A DNA stretch of 64,000 nt from assembly GCA_016699875.1 (NCBI GenBank), contig CP064989.1:648788-712787 (forward strand). Direction: 5' to 3'. The position numbers and the translations under genes were made by a program. Of this stretch, positions 30,374 to 40,529 are shown one piece after another. How positions within the stretch are numbered: position 1 is the stretch's first letter; every line of letters begins with the position of its first letter. This DNA comes from Candidatus Moraniibacteriota bacterium (GTDB lineage: Bacteria; Patescibacteriota; Minisyncoccia; Moranbacterales; UBA1568). The notes under the pieces are model-generated. The model saw only the letters and a list, made by a program, of their open reading frames with translations. It ran no database searches and had not been told where the DNA came from.

Positions 30374-31621
30374 ATGGATGGCACCTGCACCTTAACGGTC
30401 GGAGCGTTCCTTGACGTTTTGAATGAGAGTTTCATTGGCATGCGACTCGCAATTAGAGGGGAGGTATCGAGTGTTGAGGATCGGCGCAATGTCATCTATT
30501 TCTCTCTCAAGGATGCTGACGGAGAAGGGATGCTCTCGTGTCTTATCTTTCGAAATGATTTTCTGCTCCACGGAGTTCATCTTGAAGAAGGGCAGGAGGT
30601 GATTGTGGAAGGGATGCCGAATATCTGGAAGCCGCGAGGCAAGTTTTCCTTTCGAGTGTCAGTAATCCGACTGGCCGGTGCGGGAGCGCTCAAAAAGGCA
30701 TACGATCGGATTCGGCTCAAACTAGAGCGAGAAGGTTTGTTTTTGTCGGAAAGAAAGCGGCCGACCCCTGTGAGTCCGCGAAGGGTGGCGCTCATTACTT
30801 CGCGTGAGGGTGCTGCTTTGGGTGACTTCTCTGCTAATCTTGAACGATATGGGTTTTCCGTAGCATTGTTTGATGCACATGTCGAGGGGAGACGCGCTAT
30901 TGGCGATATACTCGAGGGCATCGCATTCTTCAATCAGCACCCGAAGAATTGGGATATTTTGGTGATTATTCGTGGCGGGGGTAGCCTGGAAAGTCTCGAA
31001 GCATTCAATAGTGAACCAGTGGTGCGCGCCATTGCAGAGTCCCATATCCCGACAATTGCTGGAATCGGACATGAGAAGGATATATCGCTTGCGGCACTTG
31101 CCGCAGATATGATGGTGTCGACACCGACAGCAGTAGCGAAGATTCTCAGTGTGTCTGAAAGGGAAGTGAGAGAACGGTGTTCTTTTCTTGCCCGAAGTAT
31201 ACTTGATGATTTCCAGCGGAACGTATTCGACAGCATGGAACGAGTTCGGGATATTTCGGATACTGTTCGTCGAGCGAGTGAGAGAATAACGGACCCCATA
31301 CGAAGAATCGACCGTGTCGGCGTTCGTATCTCGTCGATGTTTTCTTCATGGTGTGATCGGACAAGGGTAGAGCACTCGCATTTTTCGCATCTGATTTCTC
31401 GAATGGCGAATACATCGCGTATGTACAAACGATTGGACGAGTTGTCACTTCGGATTGAGGCCAATAATCCGAAGCGCCTCTTGGAACGCGGGTATGGGAT
31501 ATTGCGGAAAGATAACCGGGTGGTCCGAAGCGTTTCGGAAGTTGTTGTTGGGGACGCTTTCGAGGTGATGCTTGCTGACGGATGCGTCGGAGCGAGTGCG
31601 CAGGAGATACGATATAGCTAA
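30374..31621 (+). CDS. xseA: exodeoxyribonuclease VII large subunit
   Basis: OB fold, then catalytic core (RVALITSREGAALGDF...IIRGGGS.E.L..FN). 416 aa from the ATG at 30374. Confidence 0.8.
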   Translation: MDGTCTLTVGAFLDVLNESFIGMRLAIRGEVSSVEDRRNVIYFSLKDADGEGMLSCLIFRNDFLLHGVHLEEGQEVIVEGMPNIWKPRGKFSFRVSVIRLAGAGALKKAYDRIRLKLEREGLFLSERKRPTPVSPRRVALITSREGAALGDFSANLERYGFSVALFDAHVEGRRAIGDILEGIAFFNQHPKNWDILVIIRGGGSLESLEAFNSEPVVRAIAESHIPTIAGIGHEKDISLAALAADMMVSTPTAVAKILSVSEREVRERCSFLARSILDDFQRNVFDSMERVRDISDTVRRASERITDPIRRIDRVGVRISSMFSSWCDRTRVEHSHFSHLISRMANTSRMYKRLDELSLRIEANNPKRLLERGYGILRKDNRVVRSVSEVVVGDAFEVMLADGCVGASAQEIRYS

Positions 31622-31728
31622 AAAAGCTGTTTGTAGTTGTTGGAATCCTTGGTGCGGAACTTTTCTTAGAAACAATTTATAACCGGAATTAAACTTGGTT
31701 CGGATCGATATTTCCAATAAGAGCATAT

Positions 31729-31935
31729 ATGAAAAAGAGAACGGGATCTGTTTCTATAGATGAGACGCTTAAGAAACTGGAAGGAATTGCCGCGTGGTTT
31801 GAACAACAGAATGAGCCGAACCTCGAAGAGGGACTCAGGAAAATTGAAGAAGCGGTTGCTCTGCTTGATACAAGTCGAAAGCGTCTTGGTGAGATCGAGA
31901 ACAGATTTGAAGAAGTAAGAAAGAAGATAGAATGA
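31729..31935 (+). CDS. xseB: exodeoxyribonuclease VII small subunit
   Basis: 68 aa. The LEEGLRKIEEAVALL helical pattern, immediately downstream of xseA. Confidence 0.75.
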   Translation: MKKRTGSVSIDETLKKLEGIAAWFEQQNEPNLEEGLRKIEEAVALLDTSRKRLGEIENRFEEVRKKIE

Positions 31936-31940
31936 CATTG

Positions 31941-32997
31941 TTAGGACTTACGCGTTTGCCAAACAATACCGTGTAGCCATTCTTGAAATCATCGCCTTCT
32001 GTTCGTACCAACTGATACCGCTTTTCAATCTTTGTCGCTCCAGTTTTACGAAAGCGACAAAGGCGGAGAAGATATGAGTTCTTTGAGAAACGGCTTTTAT
32101 GGATTCGCACTGTTCAATACCGGTGGTTTGCTTCACGCCTCGATGGAACTCCTCAATCTTCCACCGATGATTGAAATGATTCGTAAAGTCTGCATACTCG
32201 GTAAGAGTAAGATCGTCTGTTGCCAGAAAGGTGCGGTCGCCGTTCTTGTCGATCAACGCACACACAAGGATGGAACCAAAACCCCTCAACCAGACCTGTC
32301 TTACCTGTTTATCGGCAAGCTCCAGATCTTGGATGGCGAGCGTGGTACCATAACTCGGGCTTACTTGACGATTGGATTTGAGCATAGTGATGAAGTGCCA
32401 CTCTTTGTCTCTGACGTGCTTCAGGTTATCAAGGCCGGAATACCAAGAGTCAGTGAGAATATATCTTGGTGAAAACCCTCTTTTTTTGGCGACATCGAGC
32501 ATATTTTTGAAGTGATCATTCTTGGTGAGACCATCGTCTTCCCTGCGATAGACACGATAGTCAACCGGCACGTATTCCTCGCCACTCGTCCAAAGAAAGT
32601 TTACCAAACATATGCCATCTATGAGTCCGTGTTCATTGCCGGAATACTGTTTTTTGACAAGCTCGTTCTTTCGGGAGTGCCGCTTGTCGAGAATGGAATC
32701 ATCGCAGATTAGGTAGCCAGTTTCTTTTTTTACCAGGTATCGGGTATGTTGCCAGAGCTGAAGAGGGCTGTACGATTTTGAGAGTCTCCATCGATCAATG
32801 GCATCGTGGGCTATTGAAGTATGCGGCAATGATTTTGACATCTCAACGCTTGAACAACGATTCTGATTGGCAATGAGGAAACGAGTGTACAATCCGAAAG
32901 AACATTTTTGTTTTTGCATGAACGATGAGAAAAGGATTGCGACCAATGGGTCCGATATCATTTTCTCATGGATTCAGGCAAACGCGTAAGTCCTAAT
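31941..32997 (-). mobile_element. IS element (IS4/IS701-like), 1057 bp, perfect 20-bp terminal IRs
   Basis: IRL 31941..31960 TTAGGACTTACGCGTTTGCC is the exact reverse complement of IRR 32978..32997. Single DDE transposase ORF inside. Inserted 5 bp after the xseB stop. Confidence 0.8.
31948..32961 (-). CDS. DDE transposase (IS4/IS701-like)
   Basis: 337 aa. Candidate catalytic residues in YLICDDS, YILTDSWYSG and WKIEEFHRGVKQ. Confidence 0.75.
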   Translation of the reverse strand: MISDPLVAILFSSFMQKQKCSFGLYTRFLIANQNRCSSVEMSKSLPHTSIAHDAIDRWRLSKSYSPLQLWQHTRYLVKKETGYLICDDSILDKRHSRKNELVKKQYSGNEHGLIDGICLVNFLWTSGEEYVPVDYRVYRREDDGLTKNDHFKNMLDVAKKRGFSPRYILTDSWYSGLDNLKHVRDKEWHFITMLKSNRQVSPSYGTTLAIQDLELADKQVRQVWLRGFGSILVCALIDKNGDRTFLATDDLTLTEYADFTNHFNHRWKIEEFHRGVKQTTGIEQCESIKAVSQRTHIFSAFVAFVKLERQRLKSGISWYEQKAMISRMATRYCLANA

Positions 32998-33235
32998 TGT
33001 ATAAAGTACAGGCTTATATTTCTTATTCATTACGGAGTGGTTCGTATCTTGACTAGCGCTCATCTCAAAAATTTTTCATGACTCGAATCTCGAATTTTGA
33101 TTTTTTTGGGCTCAAAAATTATTTTTTGAGATGATCCCTAAAGATGGTATATTCTTAGTAGATCCCAGTTTTTGCTGCGCGCATATTTTTAATGTGTACC
33201 GCTCGGATTGAGTTGGTTTTATTGTGTAGGAAGGT

Positions 33236-34573
33236 ATGTTGTTACTGAGTCAAAGATCTTTTGGAAAACACCTTTCTGTTCGGAGAGGGTTTCTCTTTGT
33301 TGCACTCCTCACTTTTTTTCTTGGTGTTACGGCGGTATTCGCTGTGAAGAAAAGCACTGCTTTTTCTACGGATTCACCCGTTTCGTTCGAGGTGGCAGAC
33401 GCGGGTCTGCGCCTGTATTTTGAGAAATATCAAAACGCATCGTCAAATGCTTCCATCGGTACTCTCGGACTTTGTTCGGACGGTATTTTGAGCGGGGACT
33501 ACTTTACTATTGGAAAGTACGAGGTATCGTTTTATGGAGTTGGAGATCGTAGATTGAGTTGTAACAATCAACTTGCTTCGGCAGTGTTGATACGAAGTAT
33601 GAGTTTTTATCGCGGCATGTCTATGGTAGTTCAGAGGCGAGTTCATCAAGAGACTGACACTGTCCAGCCGCCAACTCCAACACCAACACCAACACCAACT
33701 CCAACTCCAACTCCAACTCCAACTCCAACTCCAACTCCAACTCCAACTCCAACTCCAACTCCAACTCCAACTCCAACTCCAACTCCAACTCCAACTCCAA
33801 CACCAACTCCAACGCCAACCTTGCGCAATGTTTCCTATAAGGGTGGGCTTTCGCTGGATGTCTATCCAGCAGCGAATGGAACTGCGCATGCACCAGTCCT
33901 CCTGCTTCTTCATAGTGGTGGCTGGTATAAGGGTGATAAGACGGATGATGCGGCACGTATTGGCAGCAGTCTCTCAGCTTTTGGTATAACCGTTGTCGCA
34001 CCGAATTATACGCTGGTTCCCTCGGGATATTATCCGGCACCGCTCCTTGACACGAATTGTGCGCTTCGGTGGATTGCAGCAACAGCCTCTGCGTATGGAT
34101 TTGATACCAGTAACGTTTCTCTTGGTGGATACTCGTCTGGTGGGCATATCGCCCTGCTCTATAGTCTCCAGCCATATGTATATAAGGATGCGTCATGTTC
34201 TTGGAATGCCTCACCACCAGTGCTTAAAAAAGTCGTGTCCCTTGCTGGTCCGACAAATCTCGCGACTCTTTCCGGAGATGTACGAAGTATGGCGAATACA
34301 TTTTTGAATGGCGCGTCTTTAGAAGCAGCGAGCCCCAGTTCCTATGTTGGCAATCGGAGCTCTTCTCGATATCTTCTTTTGCATGCGCGAGACGATGAGT
34401 TGGTATCCTTTGATAGCCAGGCGGAGCCGTTTTACAATGCGCTTCTTGCTTCGAGTCCATCAGCTGTGGAAGCGAAATGGTATGCAAGTGGCGGACACCT
34501 CTTTGCTTATTCAACGGGTACGGCAATATATAACGATGTTGTGAACCGGATTCGATTATTCTTGGCGCCATAG
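33236..34573 (+). CDS. secreted alpha/beta-hydrolase (esterase/lipase, HSL-like HGGG family) with an N-terminal unknown domain and a (PT)n linker
   Basis: Signal/TM. About 38 PT dipeptide repeats. HSGGW oxyanion motif. GYSSGGH nucleophile elbow. Confidence 0.7.
   Translation: MLLLSQRSFGKHLSVRRGFLFVALLTFFLGVTAVFAVKKSTAFSTDSPVSFEVADAGLRLYFEKYQNASSNASIGTLGLCSDGILSGDYFTIGKYEVSFYGVGDRRLSCNNQLASAVLIRSMSFYRGMSMVVQRRVHQETDTVQPPTPTPTPTPTPTPTPTPTPTPTPTPTPTPTPTPTPTPTPTPTPTPTPTPTLRNVSYKGGLSLDVYPAANGTAHAPVLLLLHSGGWYKGDKTDDAARIGSSLSAFGITVVAPNYTLVPSGYYPAPLLDTNCALRWIAATASAYGFDTSNVSLGGYSSGGHIALLYSLQPYVYKDASCSWNASPPVLKKVVSLAGPTNLATLSGDVRSMANTFLNGASLEAASPSSYVGNRSSSRYLLLHARDDELVSFDSQAEPFYNALLASSPSAVEAKWYASGGHLFAYSTGTAIYNDVVNRIRLFLAP
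33667..33825 (+). repeat. hexanucleotide microsatellite (CCAACW)n encoding the PT linker
   Basis: About 26 tandem units of ccaact/ccaaca. The antisense frames read (GV)n and (WS)n. Confidence 0.9.
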
Positions 34574-34854
34574 AGGAGAATGGATGCGTTCTGTGCAGAC
34601 TATGAGAGTTTGTTTGGAGAGCTTTCCATCCGTGGCGTGGTGATGTTTTTGGAGAATGTAACTTGTGGAATGTGGAATGGCGAATCAAGAAGTCTTGCGC
34701 TTGCTTCTTGGGGTAAACGGGAAACTTCTCGGCGAGATAGAGTTGGTTTGATGAAATGAAGAGAACGGAGAATAGTTAATTGAGGAGATGTGTGATACAC
34801 TGAAAAAATCGAGGTGAAGTAATTACCTTCCTCAAGTTTGTCTACCGAGCTGTT

Positions 34855-36030
34855 TTGCTTGTGTCATGGAACGCAGCTCCCACACATAATACAAATATGC
34901 GTCGCGTTTCAATACTGTCTTCTCGAGGTTCGATTCTCGCATACTCACTCATCTTGCTCGGCATTGTTCTGGTTGCTTCAATCGGAATGATGTCAGCATC
35001 AGTCACGAACCTCAAATCTGTTTCTTCCAATGATAAATCCGTTAGTGCTTTTCAGATAGCTGATTCGGCATCTCAGATTGCGATACGGCTGCTCAATGAC
35101 ACGTCGAGTGGAACCTTGAAGGACATGGTTGAGCCTGACACAAGTTGTCCAGGCGGAAGTGCCGCAGCTATGGAAGATGGGAATTTTCTCGGTGGGAGCT
35201 ACCGGATTGTCTTTTTAGATGTTGATGGGCAGATGCTGAAATGTGGTGACGACGTGTCTGATGTTGTCTCGGTGAAGTCGGTTGGAACCTATGGTGATAC
35301 GGTGCGAGCCGTTCAGGCGGCGGCAATGAGTGGATCGAAGCTCCTCGGATGGTGGAAATTCAATGATGGATCTGGGGTGACGGCAGTGAATGAAGCGTCG
35401 AGTAGGGGAAATGGTACGCTTGGAGGTTCGTCTCTTCCGATCTGGGGGGATGGTCCGCCAAATTACACTTTGGATTTCAGTGGGGCGGACGGAGAGGTGA
35501 CGATGGCAAATGAGTCGGATTTTGATTTGAAGCGTACAATAAGTATATCGCTCTGGTTTCGAGTGGATAATTTTCCATCGGGATCTGGGTGGGCGCCGCT
35601 TGTGTCGAAGATGGACTCGTCCGGATCTGATGCCTCTCAAAATTACTCGGTGTGGATTAATGGGCTCAAATTTGTTCACCTGACATCATCAAGTAGTTCC
35701 GGTACGCAAGCGTGTTCGGATACAAAGGACATTTTAAATACGGGAACATGGTATCACTACGTTGGTGTCATTGACCGGGATTCAGGCAGTATGAAACGCT
35801 ATGTTGACGGCAATCTGGTTCTTCCTGGATTGACCACACACCATTGTTCCGGGGCGGGAGTGTTCACGTCCGGGGATGCTCAGGAGAATAACAACCCAGT
35901 AAAAGTAGGTGGGAAATTTGGCAGCTTCGATTCGTTTGACGGAAAGATAGATGATGTCCGTATCTATAATGGACTCCTGTCTTCAACGGATGTCTCCTTG
36001 TTATACGACAGTGGAAATGGAAGGGAGTAA
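34855..36030 (+). CDS. membrane-anchored secreted protein with a C-terminal LamG_3 (concanavalin A-like) domain
   Basis: N-terminal hydrophobic anchor. LLGWWKFNDGSG...KIDDVRIYNGLLSSTDV, a LamG_3 signature. Alternative start at 34897. Confidence 0.55.
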   Translation: MLVSWNAAPTHNTNMRRVSILSSRGSILAYSLILLGIVLVASIGMMSASVTNLKSVSSNDKSVSAFQIADSASQIAIRLLNDTSSGTLKDMVEPDTSCPGGSAAAMEDGNFLGGSYRIVFLDVDGQMLKCGDDVSDVVSVKSVGTYGDTVRAVQAAAMSGSKLLGWWKFNDGSGVTAVNEASSRGNGTLGGSSLPIWGDGPPNYTLDFSGADGEVTMANESDFDLKRTISISLWFRVDNFPSGSGWAPLVSKMDSSGSDASQNYSVWINGLKFVHLTSSSSSGTQACSDTKDILNTGTWYHYVGVIDRDSGSMKRYVDGNLVLPGLTTHHCSGAGVFTSGDAQENNNPVKVGGKFGSFDSFDGKIDDVRIYNGLLSSTDVSLLYDSGNGRE

Positions 36031-36058
36031 TAGTAGAAGAATCGGGGAAGTCTCGTAA

Positions 36059-37825
36059 ATGATTTGGAAACGCTGGTCTTTTGAAGTTCTACTCTTCTCT
36101 CAACAAATTTCTGGAAATCGGGTTATGCACAGTTCTCATAACGAAATTTCCGTAGTGCTTGCCGGCGCCGCGGGAAAAGGAGTACAAACGGTTGAAGGGA
36201 TACTACTTTCGGTCTTGAAGAGCGAAAGGTATCCTGTTTTCGCGTCCAAAGAGTATATGTCGCGGGTTCGCGGTGGATCAAATTCAACCGAAATCCGCAT
36301 TGGCGGAAGGAGACCCCGCGCATATGTTCGGTCAATGGATATTTGCTTCCCGTTTGACAAAGCGGCGTTTGAACATATACGGCGGAGAGTAACGCCGGAA
36401 ACGCTCATTCTTGCCGATGAACATTTGGTGGCCAGCGGAATGGATCACTCAGTTGTGCATGTACCGATATCATCCATCGCAACAGGGCTCGGGAATCCGC
36501 TTTTTGAGAATACAGTTGCGGCGGGTGTGGTGCTTGGGATTTTGGGGGTGAATATTTACGGCCTTGATGAATATCTTCGGGAACGATTTGCCAAGAAGGA
36601 TGACAACGTCATCGAAGGAAATATTGAGGCGGGGAAACAGGGGTATAAAATTGGGCAGCATCTCGCTTACGCGGAGAATTTGGAATTGCATATTGCGCAG
36701 GATGTGCGAGTGAAAGAGGAGGTGATACTTGACGGGACGGAAGCGATTGCTTTGGGGGCGATTGCCGGCGGATGCAGTTTTATCGCTTCCTACCCAATGT
36801 CGCCCTCAACGGGCGTTTTGCAATTTCTTGCCAAAGAATCCGCAGCGTTTGGCATTGCGGTTGAGCAGGCGGAGGACGAGATTGCGGCGATCAATATGGG
36901 GCTTGGCGCGAGTTATGCTGGGGCACGAGCGATGGTGACGACTTCTGGCGGCGGTTTTGCGCTTATGTGTGAAGGGGTGAGCCTTTCCGGGATGATGGAG
37001 TTGCCGATTGTCATCCATATTGCGCAGCGTCCGGGACCGGCAACGGGACTCCCGACGCGAACTGAGCAGGGAGATTTGGAACTCGCGCTCTATTCGGGGC
37101 ATGGAGAATTTCCGCGCGCGATTTTTGCGCCGGGGACGCACGAGGAAGCATTTGAAATGATGCGACAGGCATTTCATATGGCGGAAAAATGGCAATCCCC
37201 GATCTTCTTTTTATCTGATCAATATTTTCTTGATACGGTGGCAACTGTTTCGCAGGATGCATTTACTTTCTCTTCGGAAACGAGAGAGATCGTTGAAACC
37301 TCCAAGGAATATGAGCGCTATGTCTTAACAGAGAGTGGCGTTTCGCCGAGGGGTATTCCTGGCTGGGGAGCGGGAATAGTGGTTGTTGACAGTGATGAAC
37401 ATACCGAAGACGGACATCTCACCGAACGCCTCGACATGCGTGTCCTCATGATGGATAAGCGTCTCAAGAAGCTTGAGGGAATGATAGCTGATGTGCTATC
37501 CCCGGTATTGACTGGCAATAAAGATGCTGAAACCATGCTAGTCGGGTGGGGGTCTACCTTCGGTGCAATTGCGGAAGCGCTTGAAAAATCCGGACGAACA
37601 GATATTGCACATCTCCATTTTAGACAAGTGTATCCGCTGCCGGCGAATGTGAAAGAACTTTTCAAAAATGTCAAAAATATCGTGGTTATCGAGAATAACT
37701 ATTCCGGTCAATTCGCGAGCCTTTTGGAGAAACATGGATTGCCGGTCTCCGAGCGAATGGTGAAATACGACGGTGAGCCGTTCTCAGTTGAGGAAATCGC
37801 AGAAAAAATAAAAAATCAGGAATAA
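36059..37825 (+). CDS. korA: 2-oxoacid:ferredoxin oxidoreductase alpha subunit (gamma-alpha fusion)
   Basis: N-terminal gamma-like domain (VLAGAAGKGVQT..GGSNSTEIRI), then the alpha domain (SYPMSPSTGVLQF, GASYAGARAMVTTSGGGF). The real start is probably 36125. Confidence 0.8.
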   Translation: MIWKRWSFEVLLFSQQISGNRVMHSSHNEISVVLAGAAGKGVQTVEGILLSVLKSERYPVFASKEYMSRVRGGSNSTEIRIGGRRPRAYVRSMDICFPFDKAAFEHIRRRVTPETLILADEHLVASGMDHSVVHVPISSIATGLGNPLFENTVAAGVVLGILGVNIYGLDEYLRERFAKKDDNVIEGNIEAGKQGYKIGQHLAYAENLELHIAQDVRVKEEVILDGTEAIALGAIAGGCSFIASYPMSPSTGVLQFLAKESAAFGIAVEQAEDEIAAINMGLGASYAGARAMVTTSGGGFALMCEGVSLSGMMELPIVIHIAQRPGPATGLPTRTEQGDLELALYSGHGEFPRAIFAPGTHEEAFEMMRQAFHMAEKWQSPIFFLSDQYFLDTVATVSQDAFTFSSETREIVETSKEYERYVLTESGVSPRGIPGWGAGIVVVDSDEHTEDGHLTERLDMRVLMMDKRLKKLEGMIADVLSPVLTGNKDAETMLVGWGSTFGAIAEALEKSGRTDIAHLHFRQVYPLPANVKELFKNVKNIVVIENNYSGQFASLLEKHGLPVSERMVKYDGEPFSVEEIAEKIKNQE

Positions 37826-37838
37826 GAAATAAAGCTCT

Positions 37839-38705
37839 ATGGAAGTGGGAATTTCTTCAAAATCATTTGACATGCCAGCGGAAACCGATATCGCGTGGTG
37901 TCCGGGGTGTGGAAATTTTCCGCTTCTGACCATCATGAAAATGGCGCTTGCGGAATTGGAAATCGCGCCGGAGAAGCTTGTGACCGTATCCGGTATTGGA
38001 CAGGCAGCGAAAGCGCCGCACTACTTCAAGGGGAATGTGTTCAATGGGCTGCATGGACGAGCTTTTTCTCCGGCGACGGCAATCAAAGTCGCGAATCCGG
38101 AGTTGACGGTGATTGTCGAAACCGGTGATGGTGATGCATATGGAGAGGGCGGGAACCATTTCACGCATACGATTCGACGAAATCCGAATATTACGGCGCT
38201 CATCCATAACAATATGGTCTATGGGCTGACAAAGGGGCAGGCTTCGCCTACATCGGAAGTGGGCATGAAAACGCCGGTGCAGGTTGCAGGGGTTATTCTC
38301 GAACCGTTCAATCCAATAGCCTCAGCAATCGCTCTGGACTGCTCGTTTGTGGCGCGGGCGTTTGTGGGCAATGTACCGCAAGCCAAAGAGATTATAAAGA
38401 AAGCGATTCTACATAAGGGTTTTGCATTGGTTGACATATTCCAACCATGCACGGTATTCAACAAGATCAATACGTATCAGTGGTTCAAGGAGAAGACCTA
38501 TGAGCTCGAAAAGACGCATGATACGCGTGACCGTATCGAGGCATTTCGGCGCGCTATCGAGACGGATCGACTCCCGCTCGGCGTCTTCTATGAAAATCCC
38601 GATCGGCGTATATTTGAAGATCAACTGGCAAGTCATGGTAAAGTGCACTATAAGCACCAGGTGAATGCCGATAAGTTCCGAGAGTTGATACGAAGCAAAG
38701 TTTGA
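37839..38705 (+). CDS. korB: 2-oxoacid:ferredoxin oxidoreductase beta subunit (TPP-binding)
   Basis: CPGCGNF near the N-terminus and the TPP motif [13 protein letters not shown]...NNMVYGLT. Confidence 0.85.
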   Translation: MEVGISSKSFDMPAETDIAWCPGCGNFPLLTIMKMALAELEIAPEKLVTVSGIGQAAKAPHYFKGNVFNGLHGRAFSPATAIKVANPELTVIVETGDGDAYGEGGNHFTHTIRRNPNITALIHNNMVYGLTKGQASPTSEVGMKTPVQVAGVILEPFNPIASAIALDCSFVARAFVGNVPQAKEIIKKAILHKGFALVDIFQPCTVFNKINTYQWFKEKTYELEKTHDTRDRIEAFRRAIETDRLPLGVFYENPDRRIFEDQLASHGKVHYKHQVNADKFRELIRSKV

Positions 38706-38730
38706 TTGATTTCTCTAGAGAGTGTTTCAA

Positions 38731-38758
38731 AAAAAGAGCCTTTGAGGCTCTTTTTTCA
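38731..38758. terminator. bidirectional terminator (aaaaaAGAGCCTttgAGGCTCTttttt)
   Basis: Perfect hairpin immediately after the korB stop. Confidence 0.6.
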
Positions 38759-38779
38759 GAGAGATTTTACCGGTTTTGG

Positions 38780-38980
38780 TTACGGAGCCCGACAGAGGGG
38801 AGTGAAGAGGTTGATGATCCAGGGGACGCTTATGGCAATGCCGATAAACGGTAAGATGAAGAGGATGGTGTTTATAACAAATCTTAGGAATATCTGCTTA
38901 CGAACCTTTTCAATCGATTGTTGAATAGCCTCGAGTTTTCTATCTTGCTGTTCGAGTCGATGAAGTATTTCTTGGTCCAT
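38780..38980 (-). CDS. small hypothetical membrane protein (coiled coil plus one TM)
   Basis: MDQEILHRLEQQDRKLEAIQQ...FVINTILFILPFIGIAISV. Weak support. Confidence 0.2.
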   Translation of the reverse strand: MDQEILHRLEQQDRKLEAIQQSIEKVRKQIFLRFVINTILFILPFIGIAISVPWIINLFTPLCRAP

Positions 38981-39000
38981 AGAGAAATGTGAAGCCCTTG

Positions 39001-39330
39001 CTACTCCATGCCAAGTTCCGCTTTGGCATGTTCGGAAAGGCGAGATGGATCCCATGGGGGATCGAAAGTGAGTTCAACCTCGACTGACTTTACTCCCGGG
39101 AGCGCGGATACTTTCTCTCTCACTTCGTTTTCGATGGTTTGAAAAAGCGGACACCCGATGGTGGTGAGTGTCATGGTAATTTTCACAGCACTGTCTTTGA
39201 CGGCGATATCGTAGACGAGGCCCAAGTCGACAATTGATACGAATAGCTCTGGATCAAGGATGGTCTTGAGGGCTCTTGTAATGGCGGCCTTGCCGGGTTT
39301 CTTTGGTGGCATACTCTTGCTTTTGAACAA
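39001..39330 (-). CDS. DUF59/MIP18-family Fe-S cluster assembly protein (SufT-like)
   Basis: ALKTILDPELFVSIVDLGLVYDI....TMTLTTIGCPL..., the DUF59 pattern. Lies at the distal end of the suf operon. Confidence 0.6.
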   Translation of the reverse strand: MFKSKSMPPKKPGKAAITRALKTILDPELFVSIVDLGLVYDIAVKDSAVKITMTLTTIGCPLFQTIENEVREKVSALPGVKSVEVELTFDPPWDPSRLSEHAKAELGME

Positions 39331-39387
39331 AGAGACGGTGATGCCGCCTCTTTGTTGTATATTCTCTTGATATCTTGCGAGTGTTCT

Positions 39388-39660
39388 CTAATTCGGGAAT
39401 ATAACCTCGCCCTTCTCGTTCTTTACGGTGATCGCAGAGACAGGGCAGGATCGCGCAGCATTCAAAATAGTTTCGGCATCATCCTGGTCACAGGTTTCGA
39501 GGATGGTTGCTTTGGCGGCATCATCAAGTACAAATGTATTCTGCGCAACGCCAACGCATGGTCCGGCGCCGATACAGGTATTGGCATCGACCTCGACGGT
39601 CCATCCGTTCTTCAGGGTAATCGGTCCGTGCGGTTTTGCAGTATCTTTGACATTTGCCAT
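39388..39660 (-). CDS. small [4Fe-4S]/[3Fe-4S] ferredoxin
   Basis: ATG at 39660. CIGAGPCVGVA...CP, a single-cluster ferredoxin motif. About 90 aa. Confidence 0.55.
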   Translation of the reverse strand: MANVKDTAKPHGPITLKNGWTVEVDANTCIGAGPCVGVAQNTFVLDDAAKATILETCDQDDAETILNAARSCPVSAITVKNEKGEVIFPN

Positions 39661-39670
39661 ACATGTTTCT

Positions 39671-40042
39671 TTATTGGTTAATTTCAGATTTTTTTTGAAA
39701 AAACTCCAAATAATTGTTGAGAGCTCTCCCTTTGAGATAGACATCGATATTGTGACCAGCTCCTTCTCCTTCAAATACGATGTGAATTTGCTTGGGGGTT
39801 TCAATATTTGGAAATCTTTTTATGTAGAGTATCTTCGCTGAACCATCCGAGATTCTTTCATTTACAGTTGTATTGGTTCCCGAAAAATGAAGCTCTGTTA
39901 ATGAGTCGTATCGAGACCTTTGTTCAATTGGTGTTTGGGCATGATCTTTCAAAAAGTCTTTCACTGAATCGTGGTCTTGCTGGGTCGTGTCTTTCCATGA
40001 ATCTTCAGAGTATGTTTCTGATTGACGTTCAAATTGAAGCAT
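39671..40042 (-). CDS. hypothetical protein within the suf operon
   Basis: 123-aa ORF filling the gap between sufU and the ferredoxin. No recognised motif. Confidence 0.3.
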   Translation of the reverse strand: MLQFERQSETYSEDSWKDTTQQDHDSVKDFLKDHAQTPIEQRSRYDSLTELHFSGTNTTVNERISDGSAKILYIKRFPNIETPKQIHIVFEGEGAGHNIDVYLKGRALNNYLEFFQKKSEINQ

Positions 40043-40069
40043 ATTTCTGCTTTAGAGGAGTAGATCTTT

Positions 40070-40429
40070 TTATTTTTCAAGAGTTTTCTTTATGGTTTCG
40101 AGTGAGAGGAGGGCGCAACGAAGGCGGGTAGGGGAGAGTGTCTCGATGCCGAGAAACGAAAGAACGGTTTCCTTTGAAAGGCTTTCCATGTCACTTACTG
40201 ATTTTCCCATTATAAACTCCGAGATGACTGAGGCGCTTGCTTGTGAGAGGGCACAGCCGTTTCCTGTCCATCCGATTTCCTCTATTATATCGTCTTTTAT
40301 GATGATGTCCATGGCGAGCGAATCGCCGCAAGAGAGATTGCTGGTCTCAGCGTGATGTGTTGCGTGCTGAAGACTTCCGGAGTTTCTCGGGTGATGATAG
40401 TGATCAAGAATGAGATCGTTTGAGCTCAT
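40070..40429 (-). CDS. sufU: SufU/IscU-like Fe-S scaffold / sulfurtransferase (NifU N-terminal domain)
   Basis: LDHYHHPRN, SCGDSL and NGCALSQAS, the three conserved Cys-containing motifs. Confidence 0.8.
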   Translation of the reverse strand: MSSNDLILDHYHHPRNSGSLQHATHHAETSNLSCGDSLAMDIIIKDDIIEEIGWTGNGCALSQASASVISEFIMGKSVSDMESLSKETVLSFLGIETLSPTRLRCALLSLETIKKTLEK

Positions 40430-40529
40430 AATAAATGGATGGACTGGTCTTGTTATTCTCGTGAAATGGAATGTGTGCGCTGTCTGCTTGAACTGCTTGA
40501 AGTCTGCTACTTTCTGAGTGTATCTAATT

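Noticed and set aside
33058-33137. 13-bp inverted repeat (TCATCTCAAAAA ... TTTTTGAGATGA) upstream of the esterase gene
   Set aside because: Possibly an operator or a leftover IS end, but it is AT-rich and short. Not enough evidence to call a feature.
33443-33913. Minus-strand ORFs encoding (WS)n and (GV)n repeats, plus the CRISPR-like look of the tandem repeat
   Set aside because: These are alternative-frame readings of the (CCAACW)n microsatellite that encodes the PT linker. The 6-bp units have no spacers, so this is not a CRISPR array.
34897-34990. Possible type IV pilin-like N-terminus on the LamG protein
   Set aside because: Lacks the G/FTLIE prepilin cleavage motif (no Glu at +5). Treated as an ordinary signal anchor.
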